Shown: in pieces, positions 18,352 through 27,881 of the stretch | Position numbering within the stretch: position 1 is the first letter of the stretch | Layout: each line of letters starts with the position of its first letter | Assembly (NCBI GenBank): GCA_043719805.1 | Contig: JAYSTI010000001.1 | Span: 215,770-279,769, forward strand | Length of the DNA: 64,000 bases | Direction of reading: 5' to 3' | From: Candidatus Lloydbacteria bacterium | GTDB lineage: Bacteria; Patescibacteriota; Minisyncoccia; Phycocordibacterales; UBA6899 | Made by a program: the position numbers and the translations under genes | The notes under the pieces: model-generated | The model's input: only the letters and a program-made list of their open reading frames with translations | What the model was told of the DNA's origin: nothing | The model's database searches: none

Positions 18352-19131
18352 CTAGTTGTCGCCGAATAAACGACGCATGCGCTTCATTGCCCCGATGCGC
18401 AGTGAATTTATCTTTTTTGCCGGAGAAAGGTAATGATTGAGACGTTTGAAATATACATTCTCGCCCCCATCAAGCGGGATATAGTTGAAATGAAGTCCGG
18501 TTTTCCATGCCGAATAATTAAAACTCATCTGGTCGCGCTTTGTCCATGTGACCAACTCCTGCCACCATGCTTCCATCGCGCTCTGCACGTCAAGCTCATT
18601 ATGCCGTCGCAAAAGCAGGAGCGTCCAAGCCAATCCTGACGTATCGGGGTATCCCAAGGTGCGATACGCTTCTCCTTGTTTCCGCACAAGCTCCGGGTCT
18701 TCCTGGTGTTTTCCTGCGCGCTCCATGCGGAGCAATCTCTCTTCTTCCTCAGCTAGCGTATGTGCCGGGACCTTTTCACAGGCAGCCTGATCTATGACCG
18801 CGAGATTCGCGTCGGCAAGATAATCACGCACAAGTTCATTAAAATCTCCGCGAATGAGCACATTACCATCGACCCAAATACTTGTGCGGTACTCCGGAAG
18901 AAATTTATGCACGAGGATCTTATATTTGCGAGCACTGCGTGTTGGATCTTTCTCCGGAGGCGAGACACGACGAACTTGCCACATCCGTGACTGAATATCC
19001 TGATCGGTGAAACAGATAAGATCACAATTCGCAGGAAGAAATGAAGGGACAACGAGGTCGTCTTTCTTGCCAAAAATCGCCGTGTAGATAACGATGCGAT
19101 TCGGATCGATGGTGCTGCCGTTTGATTCCAT
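18352..19131 (-). CDS. DUF616 (TOD1/MUCI70-like) putative glycosyltransferase
   Basis: IVIYTAIFGKKDDL...CFTD pattern typical of DUF616. No other recognisable domain. Confidence 0.5.
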   Translation of the reverse strand: MESNGSTIDPNRIVIYTAIFGKKDDLVVPSFLPANCDLICFTDQDIQSRMWQVRRVSPPEKDPTRSARKYKILVHKFLPEYRTSIWVDGNVLIRGDFNELVRDYLADANLAVIDQAACEKVPAHTLAEEEERLLRMERAGKHQEDPELVRKQGEAYRTLGYPDTSGLAWTLLLLRRHNELDVQSAMEAWWQELVTWTKRDQMSFNYSAWKTGLHFNYIPLDGGENVYFKRLNHYLSPAKKINSLRIGAMKRMRRLFGDN

Positions 19132-19190
19132 GTTTTTAAATGCTTATCACATACGTGAACCTACTGCCATAATAAAAAGTAGCAAAATAA

Positions 19191-19853
19191 CTAGGTTTTT
19201 CTTATGATTTTGATAATAAAATTTTGTGCAAAAAGCCCGGGGAACCAGCCTGACAAGAGCCTCGTTCCACGGGTCGGAACATGATGTGCGACAGAATCTA
19301 AAATAAATCCCGATTCGGTGACAAGTGAGCGGAGGCTATTCCATGAAAAGAAGTGGATGTGTCCTCTATCCATGAGCCCACGTTCCTCATACTCGAAGTG
19401 GCCCAAGAAGATACGCAGGCGATTTTTCCAAAAAAGAATATTTGGAACCGTGATAATAATGGTCGTTTGCGTATCCGATGACCGTCGAAGTTGCATCAGA
19501 AGATGCTCCGGCGCGAAGAGATGTTCGAGCACCTCAGAAATTATAATTACGTCGAAGACCTTGTTGCGAAGCTCTTTTGGCCACGCATCTTCAACTTCGG
19601 TATCAAAAATATACACATGATCAAGGGCGCGACGCGCCTCTTCCCCCGCCGCAGATGAGACGTCAATTCCCGTGATTTCACAAGGAGAAATCTTTTTCAG
19701 TATCTCCCCCAATGCGCCATTTGCGCACCCCACATCAAGAATGTGCTTGCCCGAAAAATCTCCAAGAAGAGCGAGTATTCCGCGGCGGCGACCGGCACTT
19801 ATCTTTTCATATTTTTTACCCTCATAGTGACTAAGAATTAATGATTGTGACAT
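19191..19853 (-). CDS. Class I SAM-dependent methyltransferase
   Basis: HILDVGCANGALGEIL motif I, plus VFDVIIISEVLEHL. Confidence 0.75.
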   Translation of the reverse strand: MSQSLILSHYEGKKYEKISAGRRRGILALLGDFSGKHILDVGCANGALGEILKKISPCEITGIDVSSAAGEEARRALDHVYIFDTEVEDAWPKELRNKVFDVIIISEVLEHLFAPEHLLMQLRRSSDTQTTIIITVPNILFWKNRLRIFLGHFEYEERGLMDRGHIHFFSWNSLRSLVTESGFILDSVAHHVPTRGTRLLSGWFPGLFAQNFIIKIIRKT

Positions 19854-19870
19854 GCAAAAGAAATTATGTT

Positions 19871-20974
19871 TTATAGTGTCTTAAAGATTTGACGAAGATG
19901 CTCCACGCTAAAATTGCGCGCAACCACATCCTGCCCCGCACTTCCGACCCGCGGGAGTTCTGCCGTATTATATGCTCTCAAGATGGCATTAGCCAAATCG
20001 ACCGGATCACCCATATTTGAAAAAAATATATTTTTCCCCTCTTCAAAAAATCTCTCAACCGGGGCGCTCCGTCCCGTTACAATGGGGACACCTAGTGCCG
20101 CGGATTCGATGACCTTATTCGCAACAACACGTTTTGCTTTGTCGCTTTTTCCAAAGATCCCAAGGGAAAGATCTACTCCCTTGGTATACGCGAGTAAGTC
20201 TACGTACGGCACGCGCCCCATGAAAATGAGGCTGGGCAGAGAAAGAGAATCGACAAGTTCCTCCATTTTTTGTTTCGTTTGTCCGCTGCCGAGAAGCGTG
20301 AAGCGAATATCCTTATGATCGCGAAGAATGTGTGCCGCCCGAATGATGTGCTCTACCCCTTGCAGTGGTATAAAGTAGCCGCAAAATAATACTTGAAACT
20401 TCCCATCCTCCGCATGCGGGAGTTTTTTCTTCGTTACCGACCTCATGACATTCAGGTCGACAGCCACAGGGACAATGAGCGCGGGGCGTGTCCTGAGCGA
20501 AAATGTGCGGTCAAAATATTCTTTGTGCTCCATGGTGTCAAAAAAGAGGACATCGCAAAGATGCGTGAACACCCAGTCGAGGAGGAAATAATATGCGGCC
20601 TTAACGCTCCACCTACCGGCAAGCTTACGATCAAATACGAACGAATCATACAAAGAAGTAAACGCATCGCCGATATATTTCCCCCTCCAAAAGGGACGAA
20701 TAATGAGGAGTGGGAATACAAACTTTTTAGTTGGCTGGACGGCCAGTAATGCATCATAACTATTTCGCGCACTCCATAGCGATTTAATACGAGACCAAGT
20801 CGAATACTTTGCCATGTCACATTCCGTTGTTTTGTGAACATCTGAAAGTGCGCTCAAAAGCACATCGTTGCGCGGATATCCCCTCAGGCGCTCTCCAATA
20901 ACAAAAATATGCATGACATTCATTCTAACACCCCAAATTGCCGTAGGGTCACTTATTAAGACTAACGGTTTCAA
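19871..20974 (-). CDS. GT4-family glycosyltransferase
   Basis: C-terminal Glycos_transf_1 region (FQVLFCGYFIPLQGVEHIIRAAHIL...KVIESAALGVPIVTGRS). Confidence 0.75.
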   Translation of the reverse strand: MKPLVLISDPTAIWGVRMNVMHIFVIGERLRGYPRNDVLLSALSDVHKTTECDMAKYSTWSRIKSLWSARNSYDALLAVQPTKKFVFPLLIIRPFWRGKYIGDAFTSLYDSFVFDRKLAGRWSVKAAYYFLLDWVFTHLCDVLFFDTMEHKEYFDRTFSLRTRPALIVPVAVDLNVMRSVTKKKLPHAEDGKFQVLFCGYFIPLQGVEHIIRAAHILRDHKDIRFTLLGSGQTKQKMEELVDSLSLPSLIFMGRVPYVDLLAYTKGVDLSLGIFGKSDKAKRVVANKVIESAALGVPIVTGRSAPVERFFEEGKNIFFSNMGDPVDLANAILRAYNTAELPRVGSAGQDVVARNFSVEHLRQIFKTL

Positions 20975-21005
20975 TAAAAAAACAGCGCTGGTGCGCTGTC
21001 GGGGC

Positions 21006-21191
21006 TCAGAACTTCTTCATGGGGCAGACGGGGTCGAAGGCACCGAACTTACTACGTGGCCACACGACAGCTGGCGGTTGGCTGGCGAGTTCGGCGCGAC
21101 GCTGTGCGATGCGGCGCTCGAGGTCGTCGAGCTCGAGCTTGGTGCCGGTGGCGACGAAATCTTGAATGGCGACTGGGGATGCACGATTCAT
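21006..21191 (-). CDS. Small GC-rich hypothetical ORF (61 aa)
   Basis: The only open frame in the 290-bp gap. No recognisable motif. Could be non-coding. Confidence 0.25.
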   Translation of the reverse strand: MNRASPVAIQDFVATGTKLELDDLERRIAQRRAELASQPPAVVWPRSKFGAFDPVCPMKKF

Positions 21192-21266
21192 GGAAGAACT
21201 CCTGCTGTGATTGATCCGATTGAACTACCACAGTATACACAATAAGCTGAGGTACGTCAAGCCACC

Positions 21267-23006
21267 TCAACCGACGAACGTCATCAGCCTTTTTGCGCGC
21301 GCATCCCAACTGTAATCCCGTACAATCTCGGACGCATTTTTTGCCCGCTTCAGTCCTTCTTCTTTATTGCGAAGCAACATCGCTATTTTTTCCGCCAAAT
21401 CGCTCCGGTCTCCCGGCAGAAACAGCACCGCATTTTTCTCACTCAAAATTTCGCGCATGGAGGGTAGGTCTGACGCAACGATAGTCCGCCCAGATGCCAT
21501 GTACTCGAATAATTTTATCGGCGAGGTGAATCGTATGGATTCCTCGCTCACCGGCTCGTTGGGCAGTAGAAGCATATCTGCAGCACGAAGGTACGTGGGA
21601 ATTTGCGATGCGGATACGTGGGCGCGAATGATACAGCGTGAGTCGGTGCGCACCTCCTTGCATTCGGGAAAACGGTCGAGCTCTTCGTGCGTTCCGCCAA
21701 CCATGACGAGATGTGCGTCCGGAAACTGACTTCGCACATCGGCCCACGCACCACAGAGCGTCGCGACACCCTTCCAGCGAGCGAAGGAGCCGACGTACAT
21801 GACGATGTCACCATCGACAGGAAGATCGACTTTTTTGCGCGCATCTTCGCGTGAGATCTCAATAGCAAATTTTTCAAGATCGGCGCCGTTGCGAATGACT
21901 TCCGTATGTGTAAAACCATTTTTTCGAAAGACCTCTGCAGTGCCGTCTGAATTTGCGACGACCCCTTTCACTCCGCGAAGAAAGAACTTGAATACCCCAC
22001 TCTTCGAGCTCGGCCACAGATGCGCTTCGTAATACACATCCGCACCCTTCAATGCGAGGAGCCATGCGACCTCGGCATTACGTGTGTAATACACAGACGA
22101 CGTGTCTACTCTTTCTGCGGCGAGGGTGAGTAGAAAAAATGCGGCATCGATCCAATATGCGATCGCTCCGATGATGCTCTTTAGCCTGAGGGCGGGGAGC
22201 ACCGGTAAATATCGAACGGGAAATTGCTCGGTCAGTCCATAATATGCGAACACATCTTCACTAATGGCGTTTGTTCGCTTCGCCACCCAAAGCTCGACAT
22301 GCCCCCCCGCTCTTGCGAGGGACTGAAGAGTGTTGGCTATTTGGAGCCCGTGCGCCTTCTCGGTCGGCATACGCAAGTGCATCACAAATCGCCACAAGCG
22401 AACATGTTCCAATGCGTGTCGTGTCTTCTCCTCGTTTTCGGGGGTCACCACCATCGTGGTCATGGGAAGTTCATTGCGCACCACATACAGCGCCTCAAAG
22501 TTCTTCTCTCGTGCACTCTCCCATGCGTCCCTCATTTCTTCATTCATGTCTTCGCGCGCTCCATATCCACGGGACTGGAGTCTTTCTGCGCGCACACCTT
22601 CATCGGTGACAAAAAGCAGAAGTACGTCCGGGCGAGGAAGCTCGGCAAGAAACGTGCGCACTGACTCTTCCGAGAGAGCCCCATCAAAGAGTGAAATGAC
22701 ATTTTGATGATGGCCTTGGTCTATGATTGCGCGCGGAAGTCGCGACGCCTTCATGTATTTTGCATTGTGGACCAAAAAAAGATTGACGAACTTTGTGTAC
22801 CAAAAAGGAGATGCACCGCGGAAGCGAATCACGGCGACAAGGCCGTTAAAAAAATACACGGGGTGGCGTATCGCAAAACAGAGATTGTTCCAGAGAATAT
22901 CAGCGGCTCCATTCGTGTGGACGACACGCCAACCCTCTTCGTCGGCAAGCTTCCTTGCAAAAGTGCTTTTTCCGCTTCCCGGCAATCCTACAAGCTCAAG
23001 AATCAT
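21267..23006 (-). CDS. Fusion of a P-loop kinase-like domain with a GT4 glycosyltransferase
   Basis: N-terminal Walker A ELVGLPGSGKSTFARKLA (AAA_33/zeta-toxin/KTI12-like small kinase fold). A complete GT4 follows (...VGSFARWKGVATLCGAWADV...LPNEPVSEESIRFTSPIKLFEYMASGRTIVASD). Confidence 0.7.
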   Translation of the reverse strand: MILELVGLPGSGKSTFARKLADEEGWRVVHTNGAADILWNNLCFAIRHPVYFFNGLVAVIRFRGASPFWYTKFVNLFLVHNAKYMKASRLPRAIIDQGHHQNVISLFDGALSEESVRTFLAELPRPDVLLLFVTDEGVRAERLQSRGYGAREDMNEEMRDAWESAREKNFEALYVVRNELPMTTMVVTPENEEKTRHALEHVRLWRFVMHLRMPTEKAHGLQIANTLQSLARAGGHVELWVAKRTNAISEDVFAYYGLTEQFPVRYLPVLPALRLKSIIGAIAYWIDAAFFLLTLAAERVDTSSVYYTRNAEVAWLLALKGADVYYEAHLWPSSKSGVFKFFLRGVKGVVANSDGTAEVFRKNGFTHTEVIRNGADLEKFAIEISREDARKKVDLPVDGDIVMYVGSFARWKGVATLCGAWADVRSQFPDAHLVMVGGTHEELDRFPECKEVRTDSRCIIRAHVSASQIPTYLRAADMLLLPNEPVSEESIRFTSPIKLFEYMASGRTIVASDLPSMREILSEKNAVLFLPGDRSDLAEKIAMLLRNKEEGLKRAKNASEIVRDYSWDARAKRLMTFVG

Positions 23007-23017
23007 GATGAACCGGG

Positions 23018-23755
23018 TTATGGCTTACGAAAAGTTACGCAATAGGATTCGGCGAATAACCCACCAAAGAATCCAAGTGGCCTGCCCTCAAATAACTTTC
23101 CCAAATACCTATTCGCGAGTGCCGAATGGAGGAGCGGAAATACCATTGTCACGGGATAACAATCAACGTCGATGAACCCAGCCTCAAGAAATACGCTTTG
23201 GAGCGCCGTGGGGGCGATTTGCCCCTGGTGGAGGTCGCTTTTCGCCCGACGGAGGAGCTGTTCACGTTGGTAGTGGGGCATTTTGGTTATCAGAAATCCC
23301 CTTCCCTTTGATTCGAGTACGGAAAAGATCTTCTCACAAAACTGTTTTTTGTCGTCGATGTATTCGATGACGCGTGACGAAAAAAAATAATCGTACTTTC
23401 TCTCAGGCTTCCATTCGAGAATATCTGATTCGACGTAGTGCACATTTGCATTCTCGCCGACGGCTTTTTGCGCACGCAGAAGCATCTCTTTTGAAATATC
23501 AAGAAGGTAAAACGATGCATCCGGAAAACGTGAGAGGAGGTGCTTTGTCCACGTGCCTGCTCCTGGGCCGAGTTCGAGGATAGAAGACGGATCTAACGCC
23601 GCATCGTCGAGAACGTGCACCGTGATCGCATCCTTGGTCTGCGCGTATCCCATCCGCTGAATCTCGTCTTTGAACCAACGCGTATATTCGTAATCATCGC
23701 CAAATTTCCCCGGCATGGTTTCGTTATAAAAATTTTTGACCTCGTTGTTTGCCAT
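23018..23755 (-). CDS. Class I SAM-dependent methyltransferase
   Basis: ILELGPGAGTWTKHL motif I. Probable start MANNEVKNFY (23755); the ORF-track start is 23824. Confidence 0.75.
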   Translation of the reverse strand: MANNEVKNFYNETMPGKFGDDYEYTRWFKDEIQRMGYAQTKDAITVHVLDDAALDPSSILELGPGAGTWTKHLLSRFPDASFYLLDISKEMLLRAQKAVGENANVHYVESDILEWKPERKYDYFFSSRVIEYIDDKKQFCEKIFSVLESKGRGFLITKMPHYQREQLLRRAKSDLHQGQIAPTALQSVFLEAGFIDVDCYPVTMVFPLLHSALANRYLGKLFEGRPLGFFGGLFAESYCVTFRKP

Positions 23756-23842
23756 ATGGTTAGTCCTAAGATAACACGATTTTCTCACATAATGACGCAA
23801 ATGCCACGCCCACTTGTTCGACATACCGTGGTGTGGCTAGAA

Positions 23843-24490
23843 ATGGCACATATTTCTTGGTACACTCATCGAATGACAACGCACGACGAACGCTACCGGA
23901 TGTGGATGGCATCAATATTTACAAAAAACGTTCCCAAGAAACTGGTGATAGACATCGGTGGAGGACTGCGTCTCAAGAGTACTCAAGGTGACCGCTACAA
24001 TTCGGATACCGCGTGGCTTTCGAAGCTCGCAGAAAACGTTGACTACAAGATAATGGATCCCGTCGACACATTTCACCCCGACATTGTCGGAGACATTCAC
24101 AAGATGCCATTCGGAGATAACTTCATCGATGCCATCATCTGCTCATCGGTACTTGAGCACGTAACGAATCCTTTCCTTGCGGCAGAGGAAATATATCGCA
24201 CACTCAAGCCCGGCGGCCAGGTATACCTCTATGTCCCCTTTCTGTATTACTATCATCCGGAACCCGGCTACTACGGCGACTACTGGCGGTTCACCGAAGA
24301 GGCTATTCGCGAACTCTTCAAAAAGTTTTCCTCATTTGAAATAATTCCCATTCGCGGCGCACTTGAAACTTGGGTGATACTCAACCCGCATACGCGCTTT
24401 CTCGAGCCTGTTGCGCGCGCCATCGACCGCCTCATTGGAAAGAACAAAACAAAGCAAGTAAGTGCCTATGCCGCACTGCTCACCAAATAG
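23843..24490 (+). CDS. Class I SAM-dependent methyltransferase
   Basis: LVIDIGGGLRLK and PFGDNFIDAIICSSVLEHV, plus LKPGG. The N-terminal part of the ORF-track call (from 23615) is antisense to the neighbouring gene. Start chosen at MAHISW (23843) or MTTHDERY (23873). Confidence 0.75.
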   Translation: MAHISWYTHRMTTHDERYRMWMASIFTKNVPKKLVIDIGGGLRLKSTQGDRYNSDTAWLSKLAENVDYKIMDPVDTFHPDIVGDIHKMPFGDNFIDAIICSSVLEHVTNPFLAAEEIYRTLKPGGQVYLYVPFLYYYHPEPGYYGDYWRFTEEAIRELFKKFSSFEIIPIRGALETWVILNPHTRFLEPVARAIDRLIGKNKTKQVSAYAALLTK

Positions 24491-24505
24491 CCCCTGCGGA
24501 AAACC

Positions 24506-25948
24506 ATGTTGTTTAATTCTCTCAATTTCCTGATATTCTTCCCGGTTGTGTCGACGCTTTTTTTTCTGCTTCCCCATCGTTTTCGATGGGCGCTGCTTCT
24601 CGTTGCGAGCTGTATCTTCTATATGGCGTTCATTCCAAAATATATTCTTATTTTGGCAGCCACAATTGTCGTAGACTACTTTGCGGGGATACAGATCGAG
24701 CGCTCCACCGGAAAAAGAAGGATGGTATTTCTCACAGTATCCATACTTTCCAATATAGGATTTCTCGCGTTTTTCAAATACGGGAACTTCATAGAAGTGA
24801 ACGTCAACGCACTCGCACAATTTCTTGACTGGAACTACTCTCTTGCGGCACTTAAAATAATATTGCCAGTCGGACTCTCGTTTCATACATTTCAGGCCTT
24901 AAGCTACATCATAGAGGTCTACCGGGGTACCCAAAAGGCTGAGCGCAATTTTGGTATCTTTGCGCTTTATGTCATGTTCTTCCCTCAGTTGGTTGCCGGT
25001 CCTATAGAGCGACCGCAAAACCTGCTTCCACAATTCCGCATCGAGCACCACTTCGACCTCGAGCGGGTCGGATCGGGCCTACGACTCATGCTTTGGGGTT
25101 TCTTCAAAAAAATGGTTGTTGCGGACACGCTCGCAGCCGGAGTAAATGTCGTATTTAATAATCCGACAGACTTCACCGGAACCGCATTCATTGTAGCGAC
25201 AATATTTTTTGCATTCCAAATTTATTGTGACTTCTCCGGATACTCGGACATTGCGATCGGCTCAGCACGAGTCCTCGGTTTCAAGCTCATGCAAAACTTC
25301 GACGACCCGTACCACTCACGCTCAATTTCAGAATTCTGGAAACGATGGCACATCTCACTCTCAACTTGGTTCAAGGATTATCTCTACATCCCGCTCGGAG
25401 GAAACAGGGTTCCCAAATGGCGTAATTACCTAAATCTTTTCATTGTGTTTACTGTGAGCGGACTATGGCATGGGGCAAACTGGACATTTATCGCATGGGG
25501 GGCACTTCATGGTGCGTACCTCATCCTTGCTATCGTTTTCAGAAAATGGCGCGAGCGACTCGCATCGCTCTTACACCTCGACCACTTTCGCATTCTTTCC
25601 GCGGCGCTCAGCATTGCCACGACATTCTCACTTGTCTCGATCGGCTGGATATTTTTCCGCGCAAATTCTATTCAGGATGCAATATATATTGTTTCGCACC
25701 TCTTCATGGGACTCTCCCTCGATAGCTACTCCCTCACCCTCACAAAGGGGCGCACGTGGCTCATCTACGCTCTCGCTGCAATCGCGGTTATGGAGACGGT
25801 CCAGATCCTCATCAAGAGCCCCCGTGCTGTAGCCTATTTTATGAATTGTCCCAAATATGTCCGAATAGCGATCTACGCTGTCTTGACCCTCACCATCCTC
25901 CTTTCGGGAAACACCAATGAGGCACAATTCATCTATTTTCAATTTTAA
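24506..25948 (+). CDS. MBOAT-family membrane O-acyltransferase (AlgI/DltB/PatA-like)
   Basis: 480 aa polytopic. MBOAT His box RWHISLSTWFKDYLYIPLGGNR. N-terminus MLFNSLNFLIFFP typical of AlgI/DltB. Confidence 0.85.
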   Translation: MLFNSLNFLIFFPVVSTLFFLLPHRFRWALLLVASCIFYMAFIPKYILILAATIVVDYFAGIQIERSTGKRRMVFLTVSILSNIGFLAFFKYGNFIEVNVNALAQFLDWNYSLAALKIILPVGLSFHTFQALSYIIEVYRGTQKAERNFGIFALYVMFFPQLVAGPIERPQNLLPQFRIEHHFDLERVGSGLRLMLWGFFKKMVVADTLAAGVNVVFNNPTDFTGTAFIVATIFFAFQIYCDFSGYSDIAIGSARVLGFKLMQNFDDPYHSRSISEFWKRWHISLSTWFKDYLYIPLGGNRVPKWRNYLNLFIVFTVSGLWHGANWTFIAWGALHGAYLILAIVFRKWRERLASLLHLDHFRILSAALSIATTFSLVSIGWIFFRANSIQDAIYIVSHLFMGLSLDSYSLTLTKGRTWLIYALAAIAVMETVQILIKSPRAVAYFMNCPKYVRIAIYAVLTLTILLSGNTNEAQFIYFQF

Positions 25949-26001
25949 TGCTCCGGACAATTCTCGTGTGAGTTGGAGTAACCAGCCGAGCATCACAAGC
26001 A

Positions 26002-27852
26002 CTACTTCGCTCCGGGGACCTCGTAAACAGTAAAATACTGATCGGCATATACCATGCTCCATGCGACGACCTCCTCCATTCTCTGAGCCTGCGCATTTGG
26101 AACAACGACAAATCGTACGTGATATGCACGAAGCGACTCCGCCGGTCGCACGAGAATCTTTTCTCGATATTCCTTTTCCATTTCGCGAAACCGCGAGTGA
26201 TCGGCATCATTGTATGTTGGTGGTGGACTAATGCAGCGCTCACCTGAAGTAAGCTTCTTGCACACAGAGAACCACAACTCGGCATTTCTTGTATAAAACA
26301 ACTTTCCCCCGCTCCAAAAATCATTTGCGGAACGTTCAATCAGGTCGATATCAACGGGTGACGGGAAGCGCGAAAGGAGCCATCGTTCTTCGATCTCCCT
26401 GTTTGATGCAAAATATCCAAGTCCGTATCGATTAAAAAGGATGGGATTCCCCGTCTCAATGGGGATATATCCACTCATTCGCTCCGATGCAAGTACGACA
26501 GATCGTTCACCCTGAGCACTCAACCAGTCAAATACTCCGGAGTAAGACTCCACCTCAAGCACGACCTCTCGGGACATGTTTAGCGGTTGAAGTGACCTGG
26601 GCAGCGAAAGGACAGCTTCTAATGCGAGCAAGAAAAAAAGTCCGAGCGCGACAATCCGGAGAAACAATCGCTTCCCGAAAAAATCACGACTAAGTGGTGT
26701 CCGACAAAAAAAGACAATGACGACTGAGAGGAACACCCAAAACATCGCAAACCGACCAACGTGCGTAGCGTTTTCAAAATCGACACCGGTGATGTTGCTC
26801 GAGACAAGCGCAAGGAGTATCCCCGTCCCACAAATGAGGAGGAAGTCAAAAACCGAGGCCATCCTATTGTCTGCACATGATTTTCGAAAAATTATGCACA
26901 TTGTGACACCGACAAGGATCCATCGTCCGTAGTAATATTCCTCAATTTGAGGCAGATGAGAAAACAGGGGCGCGTACCGCAGGAGTGTTTCATGATAAAA
27001 TTGATCTTTTGCTCCAAAAAATGCAAATATGGCAAATGGCACCACAAACAATGCGGCACACGCCGATGCCCAGAAATATTGCGGGAGATGCTCGCGACGG
27101 CGGACAAAGAGGTGTACAAAGATCACCGCCCACGTCGATGCAACAAGCACAAATAAATGCGGGTATACAAAGACTGTTCCCCCGACCAATGATCCAAGGA
27201 GTGAGGCGAGGCGAAAGTCTCTCTTTGCCAGCCATTCCGACAGGAGAAGGAGGAATAAGACATACACCGGCAAATAAATTTGCATTGACGTCTGGCGAAG
27301 TACGTACGAGTACGTACCGAGCAATATCAAACTCGCCCCTATCACCGAACCGCGAGAGGATATACCGAGAGATTTAAGAAGAAGAAAAAGTAACGACACA
27401 TACACAAGACACCAAAGAAAAAAATTTAATAGTACGGCAAAAAGAGGCGGGAAGCCCAGAAAAAAAGGCAATGCAGCCAACATGTCGGGGAATGGCGTGG
27501 ACGGAAACTGTTCCCCGATATGTTCAAGAAAATAGGGATTGCTCCCAAAGATATATCCCTCTGAGACTACCATTGCCCGAGAAATATAGAACTGTGCGTC
27601 GCCGACCAATTCGGGAAGGATCCCCCGCCACGAGTCACCCGCAAGTACCCGTACTTCAACATAGGGCACAATTGCTGCAAACAGGACAACAGCAACGAGG
27701 GCGCCGAAGGCCCGCAGTGGGAATAGTTTGGATGGAAAAAGTTTTCCCCCTTCGCAAGAACGCCCGATCTCCTCAGTGAACCAATTTCCGAGGCGGTGAA
27801 AATTGCCGGACATCATTGTGGCATTGTATATATCATGCACGGACCATGTCAA
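26002..27852 (-). CDS. Large polytopic membrane protein with a C-terminal soluble domain, possibly a GT-C-type transferase or a partner of the acylation module
   Basis: 616 aa. More than 10 hydrophobic segments in the first 400 aa, then a hydrophilic C-terminal domain. No signature motif recognised. Confidence 0.45.
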   Translation of the reverse strand: MTWSVHDIYNATMMSGNFHRLGNWFTEEIGRSCEGGKLFPSKLFPLRAFGALVAVVLFAAIVPYVEVRVLAGDSWRGILPELVGDAQFYISRAMVVSEGYIFGSNPYFLEHIGEQFPSTPFPDMLAALPFFLGFPPLFAVLLNFFLWCLVYVSLLFLLLKSLGISSRGSVIGASLILLGTYSYVLRQTSMQIYLPVYVLFLLLLSEWLAKRDFRLASLLGSLVGGTVFVYPHLFVLVASTWAVIFVHLFVRRREHLPQYFWASACAALFVVPFAIFAFFGAKDQFYHETLLRYAPLFSHLPQIEEYYYGRWILVGVTMCIIFRKSCADNRMASVFDFLLICGTGILLALVSSNITGVDFENATHVGRFAMFWVFLSVVIVFFCRTPLSRDFFGKRLFLRIVALGLFFLLALEAVLSLPRSLQPLNMSREVVLEVESYSGVFDWLSAQGERSVVLASERMSGYIPIETGNPILFNRYGLGYFASNREIEERWLLSRFPSPVDIDLIERSANDFWSGGKLFYTRNAELWFSVCKKLTSGERCISPPPTYNDADHSRFREMEKEYREKILVRPAESLRAYHVRFVVVPNAQAQRMEEVVAWSMVYADQYFTVYEVPGAK

Positions 27853-27881
27853 ACAGATATATTTTCACTTTCAATAGAAAA

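Noticed and set aside
18352-19131. A possible GT8/LgtC-type glycosyltransferase assignment
   Set aside because: No DXD motif typical of GT8 could be identified. The YTAIFG..D...CFTD pattern fits DUF616 (TOD1/MUCI70-like) better, so it is called only as a putative DUF616 glycosyltransferase.
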